NCBI GenBank assembly: GCA_964291405.2
Contig: OZ219926.1
Coordinates: forward strand, 1 to 64,000
Source of the DNA: Thermodesulfobacteriota bacterium
GTDB taxonomy: Bacteria; Desulfobacterota; Binatia; Bin18
Direction of reading: 5' to 3'
Length of the DNA stretch: 64,000 bases
Numbering within the stretch: the stretch's first letter is position 1; each line of letters opens with the position of its first letter. Below are positions 46,788 to 55,954 of the stretch, in pieces. The position numbers and the translations under genes are program-made. The notes under the pieces were generated by a model that was not told where the DNA came from, searched no databases, and saw nothing but the letters and a program-made list of their open reading frames with translations.

Positions 46788-48764
46788 ATGCCCATGAACA
46801 AAAACATACTGCTCGTGATTTTTGCTCTCCTGTTGATTGTGGGGCCGGCCGCCATTGCCCACGCACAATCGGCCACCTATCGGGTGACCTTTGAGGGCAA
46901 ATGGACCACCAGTGTCACCCCTGGCGGAGTACCCGGCGGGGCACATTTCACGACGTTGATCGGTGCCGTGCATAACGACCAGGTCACCTTCTGGCGCAAT
47001 GGGGGCACGGCCAGTGCGGGGATCGAGAGTATGGCGGAGATTGGAGGTACGAGCACTCTCAAGGCCGAAATCAACGCCAGCTCGCACGCGCTCAGCGTTA
47101 TTGAGCGGGGGGGTAATATCGGTGAGACCGCCACCGCCACGGTCAATATCACAGTCACTCCCGATCATCCCCTGGTCACCCTAGTCTCAATGGTGGCTCC
47201 GAGTCCGGACTGGTTCGTGGGTGTCTCCGGCCTGTCATTGCGTGAAAGCAACAACTGGCTGGCGTCGAAGACGGTGGACCTGTTTCCGTACGATGCGGGC
47301 ACCGAGGACGGCACGGAGTTCTCGCTGAGCAACCCCGCCACCGATCCACGGGGGACGATCACCAGCATTAAGGGAACGGGCAAGTTCTCGAACGAGCCGA
47401 TTGCCACACTCACCTTCACCCTTCAGACAACGCCACCTCCGCCACCACCACCACCTCCGCCGCCCCCGCCGCCCCCGCCGCCGCCGAGCACAGGCGGCGG
47501 CGGGGGGAGCAGTCGGGACGACCACGGCAACACACCCGCGCGGGCAACCGCAGTCTCCCTCGATGAGACCGCGCCCTGGAGTTCGTCGACTGCCGGACAG
47601 ATCAACACTAGGCGCGATGTGGATTATTTCACTCTCACCACTCTATATGCCGGGGTGCTAGTCGTCGGGACCATCGGCTCGACCGATACCAAGGGCACGG
47701 TCTGGCAAGATGGTGAAGAACTGGCCATGGCAGACAGTGGAGGCGTGCGGCAGAACTTTCGGCTGCATGTCCGCGTAGAGGCCGGACCGGTGGTGATCGC
47801 CGTGACAGGCAATGGCCGCCGGACCGGGTCCTATACCTTACAGACCACCCTGCTGGCGGGCTATCTGGAGAACCCTGGGCCGGGGTCCTTTCAGAGTGGG
47901 ATTGGGGTGCTGTCAGGCTGGGTGTGTGACGCCGGGGAGATTGAGATCGAAATTGGAGACTCCGAACGACAGGTGGCAGCATATGGCACCGAGCGGGTGG
48001 ACACGGAAGAGACCTGTGGCGATACGAACAACGGCTTTGGGCTGTTATTCAACTGGAACCGGCTGGACGACGGGGAATATACGGTCGTGGCGCGGGTGAA
48101 TGGCGTCGAGTTGGGGAGAGTCACCGTGGATGGGATTGAGTTAGGTCAAGCCACGGTGACCGTGACGACTTTGGGCACAGAGTTCTTAAAGGACGTAGCG
48201 GGCGAGTGTATGGTGGAGAACTTCCCGATGGACGGAGAGATGGTCCGGCTGGTGTGGCAGCAGACGAACCAGAACTTCATGATAGCGGGTGAGAGTGCGC
48301 CGAGTGGGGAGAATTGGGCGGGGATGCCAGGTATCGGGTATCTGGAGAACCCCGGCCCCAATTCCTTTCAGAGTGGTCTTGGGGTGATCTCGGGCTGGGT
48401 CTGTGAGGCCGAGACGGTCGAGATCGAGCTGGGGAACCTCGGGCGACAGGTGGCGGCGTATGGAACCGAGCGGGTGGACACGGAAGCAACCTGTGGCGAT
48501 ACGGACAATGGCTTTGGGTTGTTGTTCAACTGGAACCGGTTGGGGACTGGGGAACACACGGTTGTGGCTTGGGTGGATGAGGTGGAATTGGGCCGGGCTA
48601 CGGTGCTGGTGACTACACTGGGGGAAGGGGTGGAGGAAGAGTTTCTGCGGGAGGCTGAGGGGGAATGTGTGATAGAGGAGTTCCCGACTGCTGGGGAAAT
48701 GGTCACGCTGGAGTGGCAGCAAGGGCTGCAAAATTTTGTGATTATCTCGTACGACTCTGAATAG
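46788..48764 (+). CDS. Secreted spondin_N domain protein with poly-Pro/Gly linker, PPC-like domain and two tandem C-terminal repeat domains
   Basis: Signal peptide (AHA|Q), ATYRVTF, SMVAPSPDWFVG, YDAGTEDG, an 18-Pro run and 2x GYLENPGPxSFQSG..SGWVC. Confidence 0.9.
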   Translation: MPMNKNILLVIFALLLIVGPAAIAHAQSATYRVTFEGKWTTSVTPGGVPGGAHFTTLIGAVHNDQVTFWRNGGTASAGIESMAEIGGTSTLKAEINASSHALSVIERGGNIGETATATVNITVTPDHPLVTLVSMVAPSPDWFVGVSGLSLRESNNWLASKTVDLFPYDAGTEDGTEFSLSNPATDPRGTITSIKGTGKFSNEPIATLTFTLQTTPPPPPPPPPPPPPPPPPPSTGGGGGSSRDDHGNTPARATAVSLDETAPWSSSTAGQINTRRDVDYFTLTTLYAGVLVVGTIGSTDTKGTVWQDGEELAMADSGGVRQNFRLHVRVEAGPVVIAVTGNGRRTGSYTLQTTLLAGYLENPGPGSFQSGIGVLSGWVCDAGEIEIEIGDSERQVAAYGTERVDTEETCGDTNNGFGLLFNWNRLDDGEYTVVARVNGVELGRVTVDGIELGQATVTVTTLGTEFLKDVAGECMVENFPMDGEMVRLVWQQTNQNFMIAGESAPSGENWAGMPGIGYLENPGPNSFQSGLGVISGWVCEAETVEIELGNLGRQVAAYGTERVDTEATCGDTDNGFGLLFNWNRLGTGEHTVVAWVDEVELGRATVLVTTLGEGVEEEFLREAEGECVIEEFPTAGEMVTLEWQQGLQNFVIISYDSE

Positions 48765-48823
48765 TTTCCACGCCTCGATATTTTTCTGATTACATTAAAA
48801 ATGATGAGTATAGTCAAAAACGA
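48762..48823 (+). repeat. Direct repeat copy 2 flanking the spondin gene
   Basis: TAGTTTCCACGCCTCGATATT...TAGTCAAAAACGA. Confidence 0.85.
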
Positions 48824-48884
48824 ACATTCCGGGCTGTAGGAGCCGCCGAGCTTATGCTAACCCTAATGGCAAAAGGGGAAATCT

Positions 48885-49703
48885 GTGAGCATGACTCCGC
48901 AACAAGAAAGGCTTGAACTGCGTGGAGATGGCGCGGCGCAGGACGTCCTTCAATTGTGCTACCATCGGGCTGGCCAGGGTCTGCCGCTGGTATGGCTCCA
49001 CTGGCTGTGGGGCGAGCCGGGCTGGATGGACTACCACCAACGGTTAGCCGAACGTTTTCAGGTGTTTGTTCCCGACCTGCCGGGCTATGGGCAATCCACA
49101 TTGCCGGAGTGGGCGAAGACGCCGCATGACTTAGCGGTGTTGCTGCTGCAATTCTTTGATGCGCTGTCGCTCAAACGGCCGATTGTCGTCGGCTCGTGCC
49201 TCGGTGGATGGGTCGGGGCCGAACTCGCCCTGCTCAGACCGGAGCGAATTGCCCAGTTGGTTTTGATTAGCCCGCTCGGCTTAGTGCAGGACTGGACCAA
49301 GGTCCCCAATCTCTTCTATACGGACCCGGCCCGCCTGCCGCAGTATCTTTTTCCGGACGCAGCTCTGGAGAAGGCTTCACTGTATGTTCCAGACCTGAGT
49401 AACTGGACCGACGCATTCATCAACAACCGAAACGCGAGTATCCGACTGGTGTTTGACCCCTACCTCCACAGTCGCAGCCTCCGCCATCACTTGCATCTTT
49501 TGACTACCCCAACGCTTGTCGTCTGGGGCGAGCAGGACCCCCTCTTGGCACCAGCGCACGCCGCGCTGTGGACCGCGTCGCTACCGCAGGCTCACAGCGT
49601 GATGATTCCGGGGGCGGGACATCTCCCGTATGTGGAGGATTGCGAGGCCGTTATCCAGGCTATTCGCACCTTCATTCCGACACATGAGAGGGGAGGAGCA
49701 TGA
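48885..49703 (+). CDS. Alpha/beta hydrolase with Cys at the nucleophile elbow
   Basis: PDLPGYG, VGSCLGG, WGEQD and AGHLP motifs. Confidence 0.88.
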   Translation: MSMTPQQERLELRGDGAAQDVLQLCYHRAGQGLPLVWLHWLWGEPGWMDYHQRLAERFQVFVPDLPGYGQSTLPEWAKTPHDLAVLLLQFFDALSLKRPIVVGSCLGGWVGAELALLRPERIAQLVLISPLGLVQDWTKVPNLFYTDPARLPQYLFPDAALEKASLYVPDLSNWTDAFINNRNASIRLVFDPYLHSRSLRHHLHLLTTPTLVVWGEQDPLLAPAHAALWTASLPQAHSVMIPGAGHLPYVEDCEAVIQAIRTFIPTHERGGA

Positions 49704-50857
49704 GAGTCTTTAATATGGTGCTGTTTGGCTGGCCGCATCTGCCCGACGATGCTCCCGTTGGCACGCCTGGATCGTATCCCCTTTCGAATCAGTATTTCGA
49801 TCCGGTCCAGGGAAACGCATTACTTCAACAAGAGCTGGACCGGATCACGCTCAGTGATGAGCTTGGGTTGGATGGCTTCACCTGTCAGGAGCATCATGGC
49901 GGCGGTGGATTTTGTGCCATGGTGCCCTCGACGCACCTCATGGCAGCAGCCGTCTCACAACGTACCAAACATCTTCAAGTGGCGGTCACTGGCACCTGCA
50001 TTCCGTTACACCACCCGCTTGCCATTGCGGAAGAGGTGGCCATGCTGGATCACCTGAGTAATGGACGTTTCATTTGGGGGGCGCTGCGTGGCTTTCCGAC
50101 CGAATACCTGTCCTACAACGTCAACCCGGCGGAATCTCAGGCTCGGTTTCGGGAAGGGTTTTCCTTAGTCCTGAAAGCGCTTTCGAGTGAGGGGCCGTTT
50201 GATTTTGACGGCCAGTTTTACCGCGTCCGGGACTATAATATCTGGCCCAAGCCCTTGCAGCAGCCCTATCCGAAAATCTGGATGGCGGCCAATAGCCTGG
50301 ACTCGCTCGATTTTGCGGTCAAGAATCGCACCTATATTGCCACGCCGTGGGTCAGTATCGAGCGGACGCGCTCGGTGCACGAGACGTATTATCGGCTGGC
50401 TCAAGAGCAAAGCATCACCATCCCCGAGGATTTTGATGACATGTTTGCCTCGATCTGCGCGCTATACGTTGGCGAGAGCGATAAAAAGGCGCGCCAGGAG
50501 GCTGAAACGCATTTAGAATACCACTTCTTCCGCGCGCTGGCGTCGTTTGATATCGGCACTGTCTCGCTTATCCCTGGGCATATGAGTGTCAATGGTATGC
50601 GCGATTGGCTCAAGAACGTCACGAGTAAAGACACGGGCAAGGCCATGGGCTATAGCGTCGATGAAGGAATTGAGAATGGGACGGTCATTTTAGGCGGCCC
50701 GGAAAGTGTGATCGCCCAAATCAAACGTCAACGCGAAGAGGGCAAACGCGGAACCTTACTGGCGATGTTTCAGTTTGGTTCCCTACCGGATGAACTCGCG
50801 ACGCAGAGCCTGCGCCTCTTTGCCCAAGAGGTCTTGCCTAAGATTCGAGCCATTTGA
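49700..50857 (+). CDS. Luciferase-like (LLM class) flavin-dependent monooxygenase
   Basis: QEHH, IAEEVAMLDHLSNGR and PKPLQQPYP motifs. Confidence 0.93.
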   Translation: MRVFNMVLFGWPHLPDDAPVGTPGSYPLSNQYFDPVQGNALLQQELDRITLSDELGLDGFTCQEHHGGGGFCAMVPSTHLMAAAVSQRTKHLQVAVTGTCIPLHHPLAIAEEVAMLDHLSNGRFIWGALRGFPTEYLSYNVNPAESQARFREGFSLVLKALSSEGPFDFDGQFYRVRDYNIWPKPLQQPYPKIWMAANSLDSLDFAVKNRTYIATPWVSIERTRSVHETYYRLAQEQSITIPEDFDDMFASICALYVGESDKKARQEAETHLEYHFFRALASFDIGTVSLIPGHMSVNGMRDWLKNVTSKDTGKAMGYSVDEGIENGTVILGGPESVIAQIKRQREEGKRGTLLAMFQFGSLPDELATQSLRLFAQEVLPKIRAI

Positions 50858-50938
50858 GGACGCGTCGTTCCACCCTCCGTCAAAACCGACCGCCCCGCCT
50901 TGGCCTTCGCCACTCTCTTCCCCGGCTAGCGCGCTATC

Positions 50939-51126
50939 TTGCATCACACGCCCCAAGAGGAGAGTTTTCCTATCCCCTCCTTGGAGGAGTGGCCGTAGGC
51001 CGGGGTGGGTTGCCCTTGCATGGGCCGTGCGTCTGACCCACCCCGCCGCTGACGCGGCACATAAGGGGAAATGTGTCCTTACAACAGAGCAGGTAGATGT
51101 TGACACGTTTCCCTTTTCTCTCCCAA
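50939..51126. repeat. Composite repeat cluster: orphan TIR, CCCCTC..GAGGGG units and second copy of the hairpin insert
   Basis: 51036-51126 aligns with 38150-38237. Confidence 0.75.
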
Positions 51127-51329
51127 GACGTGTGATGCAAATTACATTGCTCGGCGGCCCCTCGCTCCTCTGCGCAGTTCCTGTCTGCGACAGGGGCCAG
51201 GAGTGCGGGCTGGAAGCCCGCACGCGGCCAAGATGGCCGCTCTCCCAGACAGCATGAGGGAGAGCGGCCCGGGGCGGGGGCCGCCGGACCGGCTCCGGGA
51301 GGCTCACGACACAATATGCATCACACGTC
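51127..51329. mobile_element. ~200-bp MITE-like element with 17-bp TIRs
   Basis: GACGTGTGATGCAAATT ... AATATGCATCACACGTC (16/17 match), internal GC-rich hairpins, no TSD seen. Confidence 0.65.
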
Positions 51330-51398
51330 ACTGGGTAGGTGGCCTGGGCTCTTGCTGGTGTCCTGGACGGTGGGCGTGTGGAACTCTATCGTAGCCCT

Positions 51399-52682
51399 AT
51401 GGCAGGCCAGGGTGACGGGCGCAGCGAGGGAGAGTCTGCGTTTTTTTATGGCTGGTGGATTGTCGTGACATGCTTTGTCAGCATGTCGATGGCCGGTGGT
51501 GTTGGTAATCTGTCCTTCCCCGTCTTTCTCAAACCGCTAACCGCGGAGTTCGGGTGGACCCGGGCTCAGGTCTCCGGCGGGATTTCGGCCTTTATGTTGG
51601 CCATTGCCCTCACCGCTCCCTTTGTCGGGCGCGCGGTGGGGCTGTATGGGCCGCGGGCGGTCATGATTCCGGCGGCCGTATTGGTGGGCCTGTGCCTGAT
51701 GCTGCTGTCTCAGATGACGGCCCTGTGGCAACTCTATGTGCTGCGTCTCGGGGTGGGGGTTGGGTTTACGGCTCTGGCCCACGTGCCGGTCAACATCGTT
51801 ATTTCACGCTGGTTTACGCGCAAGCGCGGTCGGGCCATGGGCACGGCCATGATCGGCACCCCGGTTGGCGGACTGCTGATGACGCCCTTTGCCTCGTGGT
51901 GTATCGAGTGGGTGGACTGGCGTCTCACCTTGTTGATCCTGGGCGGCCTGCTGTGGCTTATCCTGGTTCCGGTGTTGTTTGGGCTGCTGCGAGATACGCC
52001 GGCTGACCTGGGTCTGTTGCCGGACGGCGAGACGAGACCGGCCACGGACGACACACCGATCGATCCTGGCGTAGGGGAGGGGATATCCGCCCGCGATACG
52101 CTCCGCACCGGCCGTTTCTGGGCACTCATCGGCATCTATTTTCTGGCCTATGGCTGTCTCTTTTCCGTGATGATTCACCAGTACCCCTATTTTACGGATC
52201 AAGGCTTTTCCACCCAGTACGCGGCCCTGCTGGTGAGTGTGCTGCTCAGCGCGTCCGTGCTCAGCGGCCTGGGTTTTGGCTGGGCGAGTGATCGTTATGA
52301 CCCGATGCAACTGGCGGCGACCTGTTATGCCCTGGGTGGTATCGGCATAGCCCTGCTCTTATGGGCGTCTCCCGTATTTTCCGTGGTCGGCTTTGTTATC
52401 TGCTTCGGCTTCTTCTTTGGTGGCACCACCCCGCTGACCGCCCTCGTGACCGGGCGCATGTTCGGTATGAAGGCGCACGGTGTGATCTACGGTTTCTATC
52501 AGACCGTTATCTGTCTCAGCGGCTTCGTTGGCCCGACTCTCATGGGCTTTATCTACGACACGACCGGAAGCTATCAACTCGGGTTTAGCGGTATTGGCAT
52601 CGGTCTGTTGTGTGCTGCCGCGTTGATGCTGGTCGTGCGGGCGAGAACCATACTCCTTCCCGTGTCTGTCGCATCCACCTGA
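51399..52682 (+). CDS. MFS transporter
   Basis: FFYGWWIV, EFGWTRA, RWFTRKRGRAMG and GWASDRY motifs, about 12 TM. Confidence 0.93.
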   Translation: MAGQGDGRSEGESAFFYGWWIVVTCFVSMSMAGGVGNLSFPVFLKPLTAEFGWTRAQVSGGISAFMLAIALTAPFVGRAVGLYGPRAVMIPAAVLVGLCLMLLSQMTALWQLYVLRLGVGVGFTALAHVPVNIVISRWFTRKRGRAMGTAMIGTPVGGLLMTPFASWCIEWVDWRLTLLILGGLLWLILVPVLFGLLRDTPADLGLLPDGETRPATDDTPIDPGVGEGISARDTLRTGRFWALIGIYFLAYGCLFSVMIHQYPYFTDQGFSTQYAALLVSVLLSASVLSGLGFGWASDRYDPMQLAATCYALGGIGIALLLWASPVFSVVGFVICFGFFFGGTTPLTALVTGRMFGMKAHGVIYGFYQTVICLSGFVGPTLMGFIYDTTGSYQLGFSGIGIGLLCAAALMLVVRARTILLPVSVAST

Positions 52683-52753
52683 ACAAACAGATCGGATTTT
52701 CCTCTTGTGGCTCAAATCTCCGGCTGATACAACTTTTTGCACAAGGATTAAGG

Positions 52754-52844
52754 AACCCACCCCGGCCCTACGGGCCACCCCTCCAAGGAGGGGAGCGGCA
52801 TTCATCTCCTCTTGGGAGGGGTGCTGCGAAGCAGCGGGGTGGGT
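52754..52844. repeat. Inverted doublet of the CCCCTC..GAGGGG repeat
   Basis: AACCCACCCCGGCCCTACGGGCCACCCCTCC... followed by an inverted copy. Confidence 0.8.
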
Positions 52845-52885
52845 GCCCGATGTTCGTTCCGAGCCGTCAATGAGGAGGGCCTGTT

Positions 52886-54103
52886 ATGAAGAGTCATTGG
52901 TTTCATTTAATGCCGTATCAAGATCTGCCCGAAGACTTCAGGGAAAAACATCCGAGTGTGTGGGTGGATGTTTCAAGTGAATTATTCGATCCTGCTCGGG
53001 GCCATCAATTTTACAACGAATATCTGGATCAACTGGAGTTTGCCGACAGCCTGGGGTTTGACGGCATTTGCGTGAACGAGCATCATGCCAACGCCTACGG
53101 CCTGATGCCATCACCCAATCTCATTCTGGCCGCGCTTGCCCGTCGAACGTCCAAGGCTGCCCTGATTGTGCTGGGCAACTCGATTGCGCTGTACAACCCG
53201 CCGATTCGCATTGCCGAAGAAATGGCCATGCTCGACTGCATATCGGGTGGCCGTTTTGTGGGCGGCTTTCCAGTCGGCACATCGATGGACACCAATTTTG
53301 CCTACGGCCAGACTCCTCTGACGCTACGTGAGAAATATCGGGAAGGCCACGATCTGATCATCAAGGCCTGGACCGAGCCCGAGCCGTTTGCCTTTAACGG
53401 CAAATACAACCAACTCCGCTATGTCAATATCTGGCCTCGCCCGGTTCAAAAACCGCATCCACCGGTGTGGATTCCAGGCGGCGGCAGCGTCGAGACCTGG
53501 GACTGGGTGGCCGAGCATGACTATATGTATGCCTTCCTGAGTTATTTCGGCTACGAGCCGGCCACGCAGGTGATGCGGGGCTATTGGGAGGCGGTAGACC
53601 GGGCCGGCCGGGACCGGAATCCCTACCGCGCCGGCTATCTACAATTCATCGGCGTGTCCGAGACGGACGCACAAGCGGAAAAGGACTATGCGGAGGCGGC
53701 CTCGTATTTCTACCACCGCTGTCTGCACGTTCCCGATCATTGGGCTGCCGCGCCAGGCTATTTGACGCTCAAGACCATCAAGTCGCTCAAATCGCCCTTC
53801 AGCTTCGAGCAGTTGGCCGACCTCAAATGGAAAGATTTTGTTGAGCAGGGCTATGTGATTGCCGGCTCTCCGGCAACTGTGCGCGAGCGGCTGGTGGAAG
53901 TCATTAAGGAAATGAATGTCGGACAGCTTTTCTCCCTCCTCCATTTTGGCAACCTGAGTCGCGAGCTAACCCGGAAGAATACGGAACTGTACGCTAGAGA
54001 GGTACTGCCGTTTCTGCGCGAGCAGTTGTGGAACGAGTGGGAAGACCGCTGGGCACCGCATCCGATGAATGAGGAAGATCGCATGCCGGTCGCGGCCCTC
54101 TAG
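52886..54103 (+). CDS. Luciferase-like (LLM class) flavin-dependent monooxygenase
   Basis: NEHH, IAEEMAMLDCISGGR and WPRPVQKPHPP motifs. Confidence 0.94.
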   Translation: MKSHWFHLMPYQDLPEDFREKHPSVWVDVSSELFDPARGHQFYNEYLDQLEFADSLGFDGICVNEHHANAYGLMPSPNLILAALARRTSKAALIVLGNSIALYNPPIRIAEEMAMLDCISGGRFVGGFPVGTSMDTNFAYGQTPLTLREKYREGHDLIIKAWTEPEPFAFNGKYNQLRYVNIWPRPVQKPHPPVWIPGGGSVETWDWVAEHDYMYAFLSYFGYEPATQVMRGYWEAVDRAGRDRNPYRAGYLQFIGVSETDAQAEKDYAEAASYFYHRCLHVPDHWAAAPGYLTLKTIKSLKSPFSFEQLADLKWKDFVEQGYVIAGSPATVRERLVEVIKEMNVGQLFSLLHFGNLSRELTRKNTELYAREVLPFLREQLWNEWEDRWAPHPMNEEDRMPVAAL

Positions 54104-54135
54104 GACGCCGGCCCCCTGAATGGAGATCGTTTGGA

Positions 54136-54909
54136 ATGCAAGAAGTGAAGGTTGCTATTCGGAATGGAAAATTTACCACCTCAATGCAGTGGGGCGGCAA
54201 TGGCGAGCCGCTCCTGTTCCTGCACGGTGCCGGTGGCCCCATGGTTGGCGCCCCGTTTCTCGAGGAACTCGCCCAGAATTTTACCGTCTACGCGCCGGCC
54301 CATCCCGGCTTTGGCCCTGGAACGGGTATTGAGCATATTGACGACGTGATTGACTTTGCCCTGTACTACCACGATTTTCTCGACGAGTTGCAGATCGATA
54401 GCCCGCATATCGTCGGCCACTCGTTGGGTGGCATGTTGGCCGCGGAGATCGCCGCGCTCGCCCCGTACCGGATCAATCGACTCGTGCTGGTCTGCCCGGC
54501 AGGACTGTGGCTCGATGACACTCCCATTCCGGATTTCTTTACCTTTAACCCGCAGCAGATGGTCGAACATGTGTTTCACGACCCCAGCGGTCCCATGAGC
54601 CAAATGTTCACCGAGCAGTTGCAATCCCCCGAAGCCCAACTCGAGATGTATAAATGCCTGGCCTCAACCGGGAAATTCCTGTGGCCGATTCCCGATAAAG
54701 GGCTCAAGAAGCGCATCCACCGGCTGCAACTGCCGACCCTGTTACTGTGGGGAGAATCCGATAAGCTCATTCCCCCGGTCTATGGGGGAGCGTTTCAACG
54801 CGCCATTCCCGGTTCGCGGTTGGTCCACTTCGCGAGTTCGGGTCATATGATTATGCTGGAGGAACAAGAGGCTTTTGTTGACGCGGTCTCGGACTTTTTA
54901 TTGGAGTAA
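54136..54909 (+). CDS. Alpha/beta hydrolase
   Basis: LHGAGG, GHSLGG, WGESD and SGHM motifs. Confidence 0.93.
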   Translation: MQEVKVAIRNGKFTTSMQWGGNGEPLLFLHGAGGPMVGAPFLEELAQNFTVYAPAHPGFGPGTGIEHIDDVIDFALYYHDFLDELQIDSPHIVGHSLGGMLAAEIAALAPYRINRLVLVCPAGLWLDDTPIPDFFTFNPQQMVEHVFHDPSGPMSQMFTEQLQSPEAQLEMYKCLASTGKFLWPIPDKGLKKRIHRLQLPTLLLWGESDKLIPPVYGGAFQRAIPGSRLVHFASSGHMIMLEEQEAFVDAVSDFLLE

Positions 54910-54926
54910 CCCGAAAGGAGGGGAAT

Positions 54927-55307
54927 ATGATCAAGGCGAAATCGATCCGTCATACTGGGGTGCCGGTCTCGGATGTGAGAAAGGCAAAGAGATTCTATGG
55001 AGAGATTCTCGGCTTGGGTGAGATTGAGCGACCCAAGATCAAGGGCGTGCCTGGAGCCTGGTATGAGGTGGACGGAACCCAGGTGCATATCATTGGCCAG
55101 CGCAACACGATGGCCGACAAGGATATTCCGGGCATCGGGACCCATATCGCGGTCCAGGTCGAAGACCTCGAAGAGGCCAAACGCGTCCTCAAGAGAAGGC
55201 GGGTGAAGTTCCAGGAATTTGCTCCGCCGCCCAGTATGGGTTTGGCCCCGGTGGTCTTTGTGCGTGACCCGGACGGCAATGTCGTCGAGCTGCGGGCGGA
55301 AGCCTAA
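54927..55307 (+). CDS. VOC/glyoxalase family protein
   Basis: HTGVPV, FYGEILGL and RDPDGNVVEL motifs. Confidence 0.9.
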   Translation: MIKAKSIRHTGVPVSDVRKAKRFYGEILGLGEIERPKIKGVPGAWYEVDGTQVHIIGQRNTMADKDIPGIGTHIAVQVEDLEEAKRVLKRRRVKFQEFAPPPSMGLAPVVFVRDPDGNVVELRAEA

Positions 55308-55342
55308 ACGTACTGCCCCCTGAGCGGAATACGGTCGAGAGA

Positions 55343-55434
55343 AACCCACCCCGGCCCTACGGGCCACCCCTCCCAAGAAGGGAGCTTTTTTATCTCCTCC
55401 TTGGAGGGGTGCCGCGCTAGCGGCGGGGTGGGTC
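55343..55434. repeat. Inverted doublet of the CCCCTC..GAGGGG repeat (intact reference copy)
   Basis: Near-identical to 52754-52844; contains the unsplit GCCGCGCTAGCGGC. Confidence 0.8.
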
Positions 55435-55468
55435 TCTTTGTCTCAAGGCACAAGCAGGGAGAGGTCTG

Positions 55469-55954
55469 ATGCTGATCGAAATTTATCCAAAACCCGACGG
55501 CATGCAGCATATCAATCTCATGTTTTGCGAGGCCGAGCCTGACCCCGAGGACGGCTGGGTGCGCTCTCATATTGACGCGTTTCCCACCCCGCCCAAGCGG
55601 ATTTTCGAAGAGGAACGGGCCGGCCGGACATATACCACCCTCCAGTACGGCCAGTGTGTCATCGGGCATTCCATGTTCTATATCGAAAAGCACAAGGGCG
55701 TAGTGGACAAGCTGCTCGGGGTCTGCACGAGCGAGCTTGAGCGGGCCGCCCTGGACCAGCTTACCCGCAATGCGATTATCTCCCGCCTCGCGCTGGAACT
55801 GGATAAACACGCCCGGTTTTCGGTTGACGAGCAGGGCAATTTGACCATTGCCCTCAAGGAGATAGATGAGGCCGAGATTCACAAACGCCTGGGTGAGCTG
55901 ATAGCCGAAGAAACCCCTGTGCGGCCTGTCGAATCCATAGGAAGTGAGGCCTGA
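55469..55954 (+). CDS. Hypothetical protein
   Basis: Good RBS (GGAGAGG), host-like codon usage, overlaps the next SDR. Confidence 0.75.
   Translation: MLIEIYPKPDGMQHINLMFCEAEPDPEDGWVRSHIDAFPTPPKRIFEEERAGRTYTTLQYGQCVIGHSMFYIEKHKGVVDKLLGVCTSELERAALDQLTRNAIISRLALELDKHARFSVDEQGNLTIALKEIDEAEIHKRLGELIAEETPVRPVESIGSEA

Noticed and set aside
47432-47486. Poly-Pro coding tract as a contingency locus
   Set aside because: Mixed CCN codons indicate a protein-level linker, not a slippage tract.
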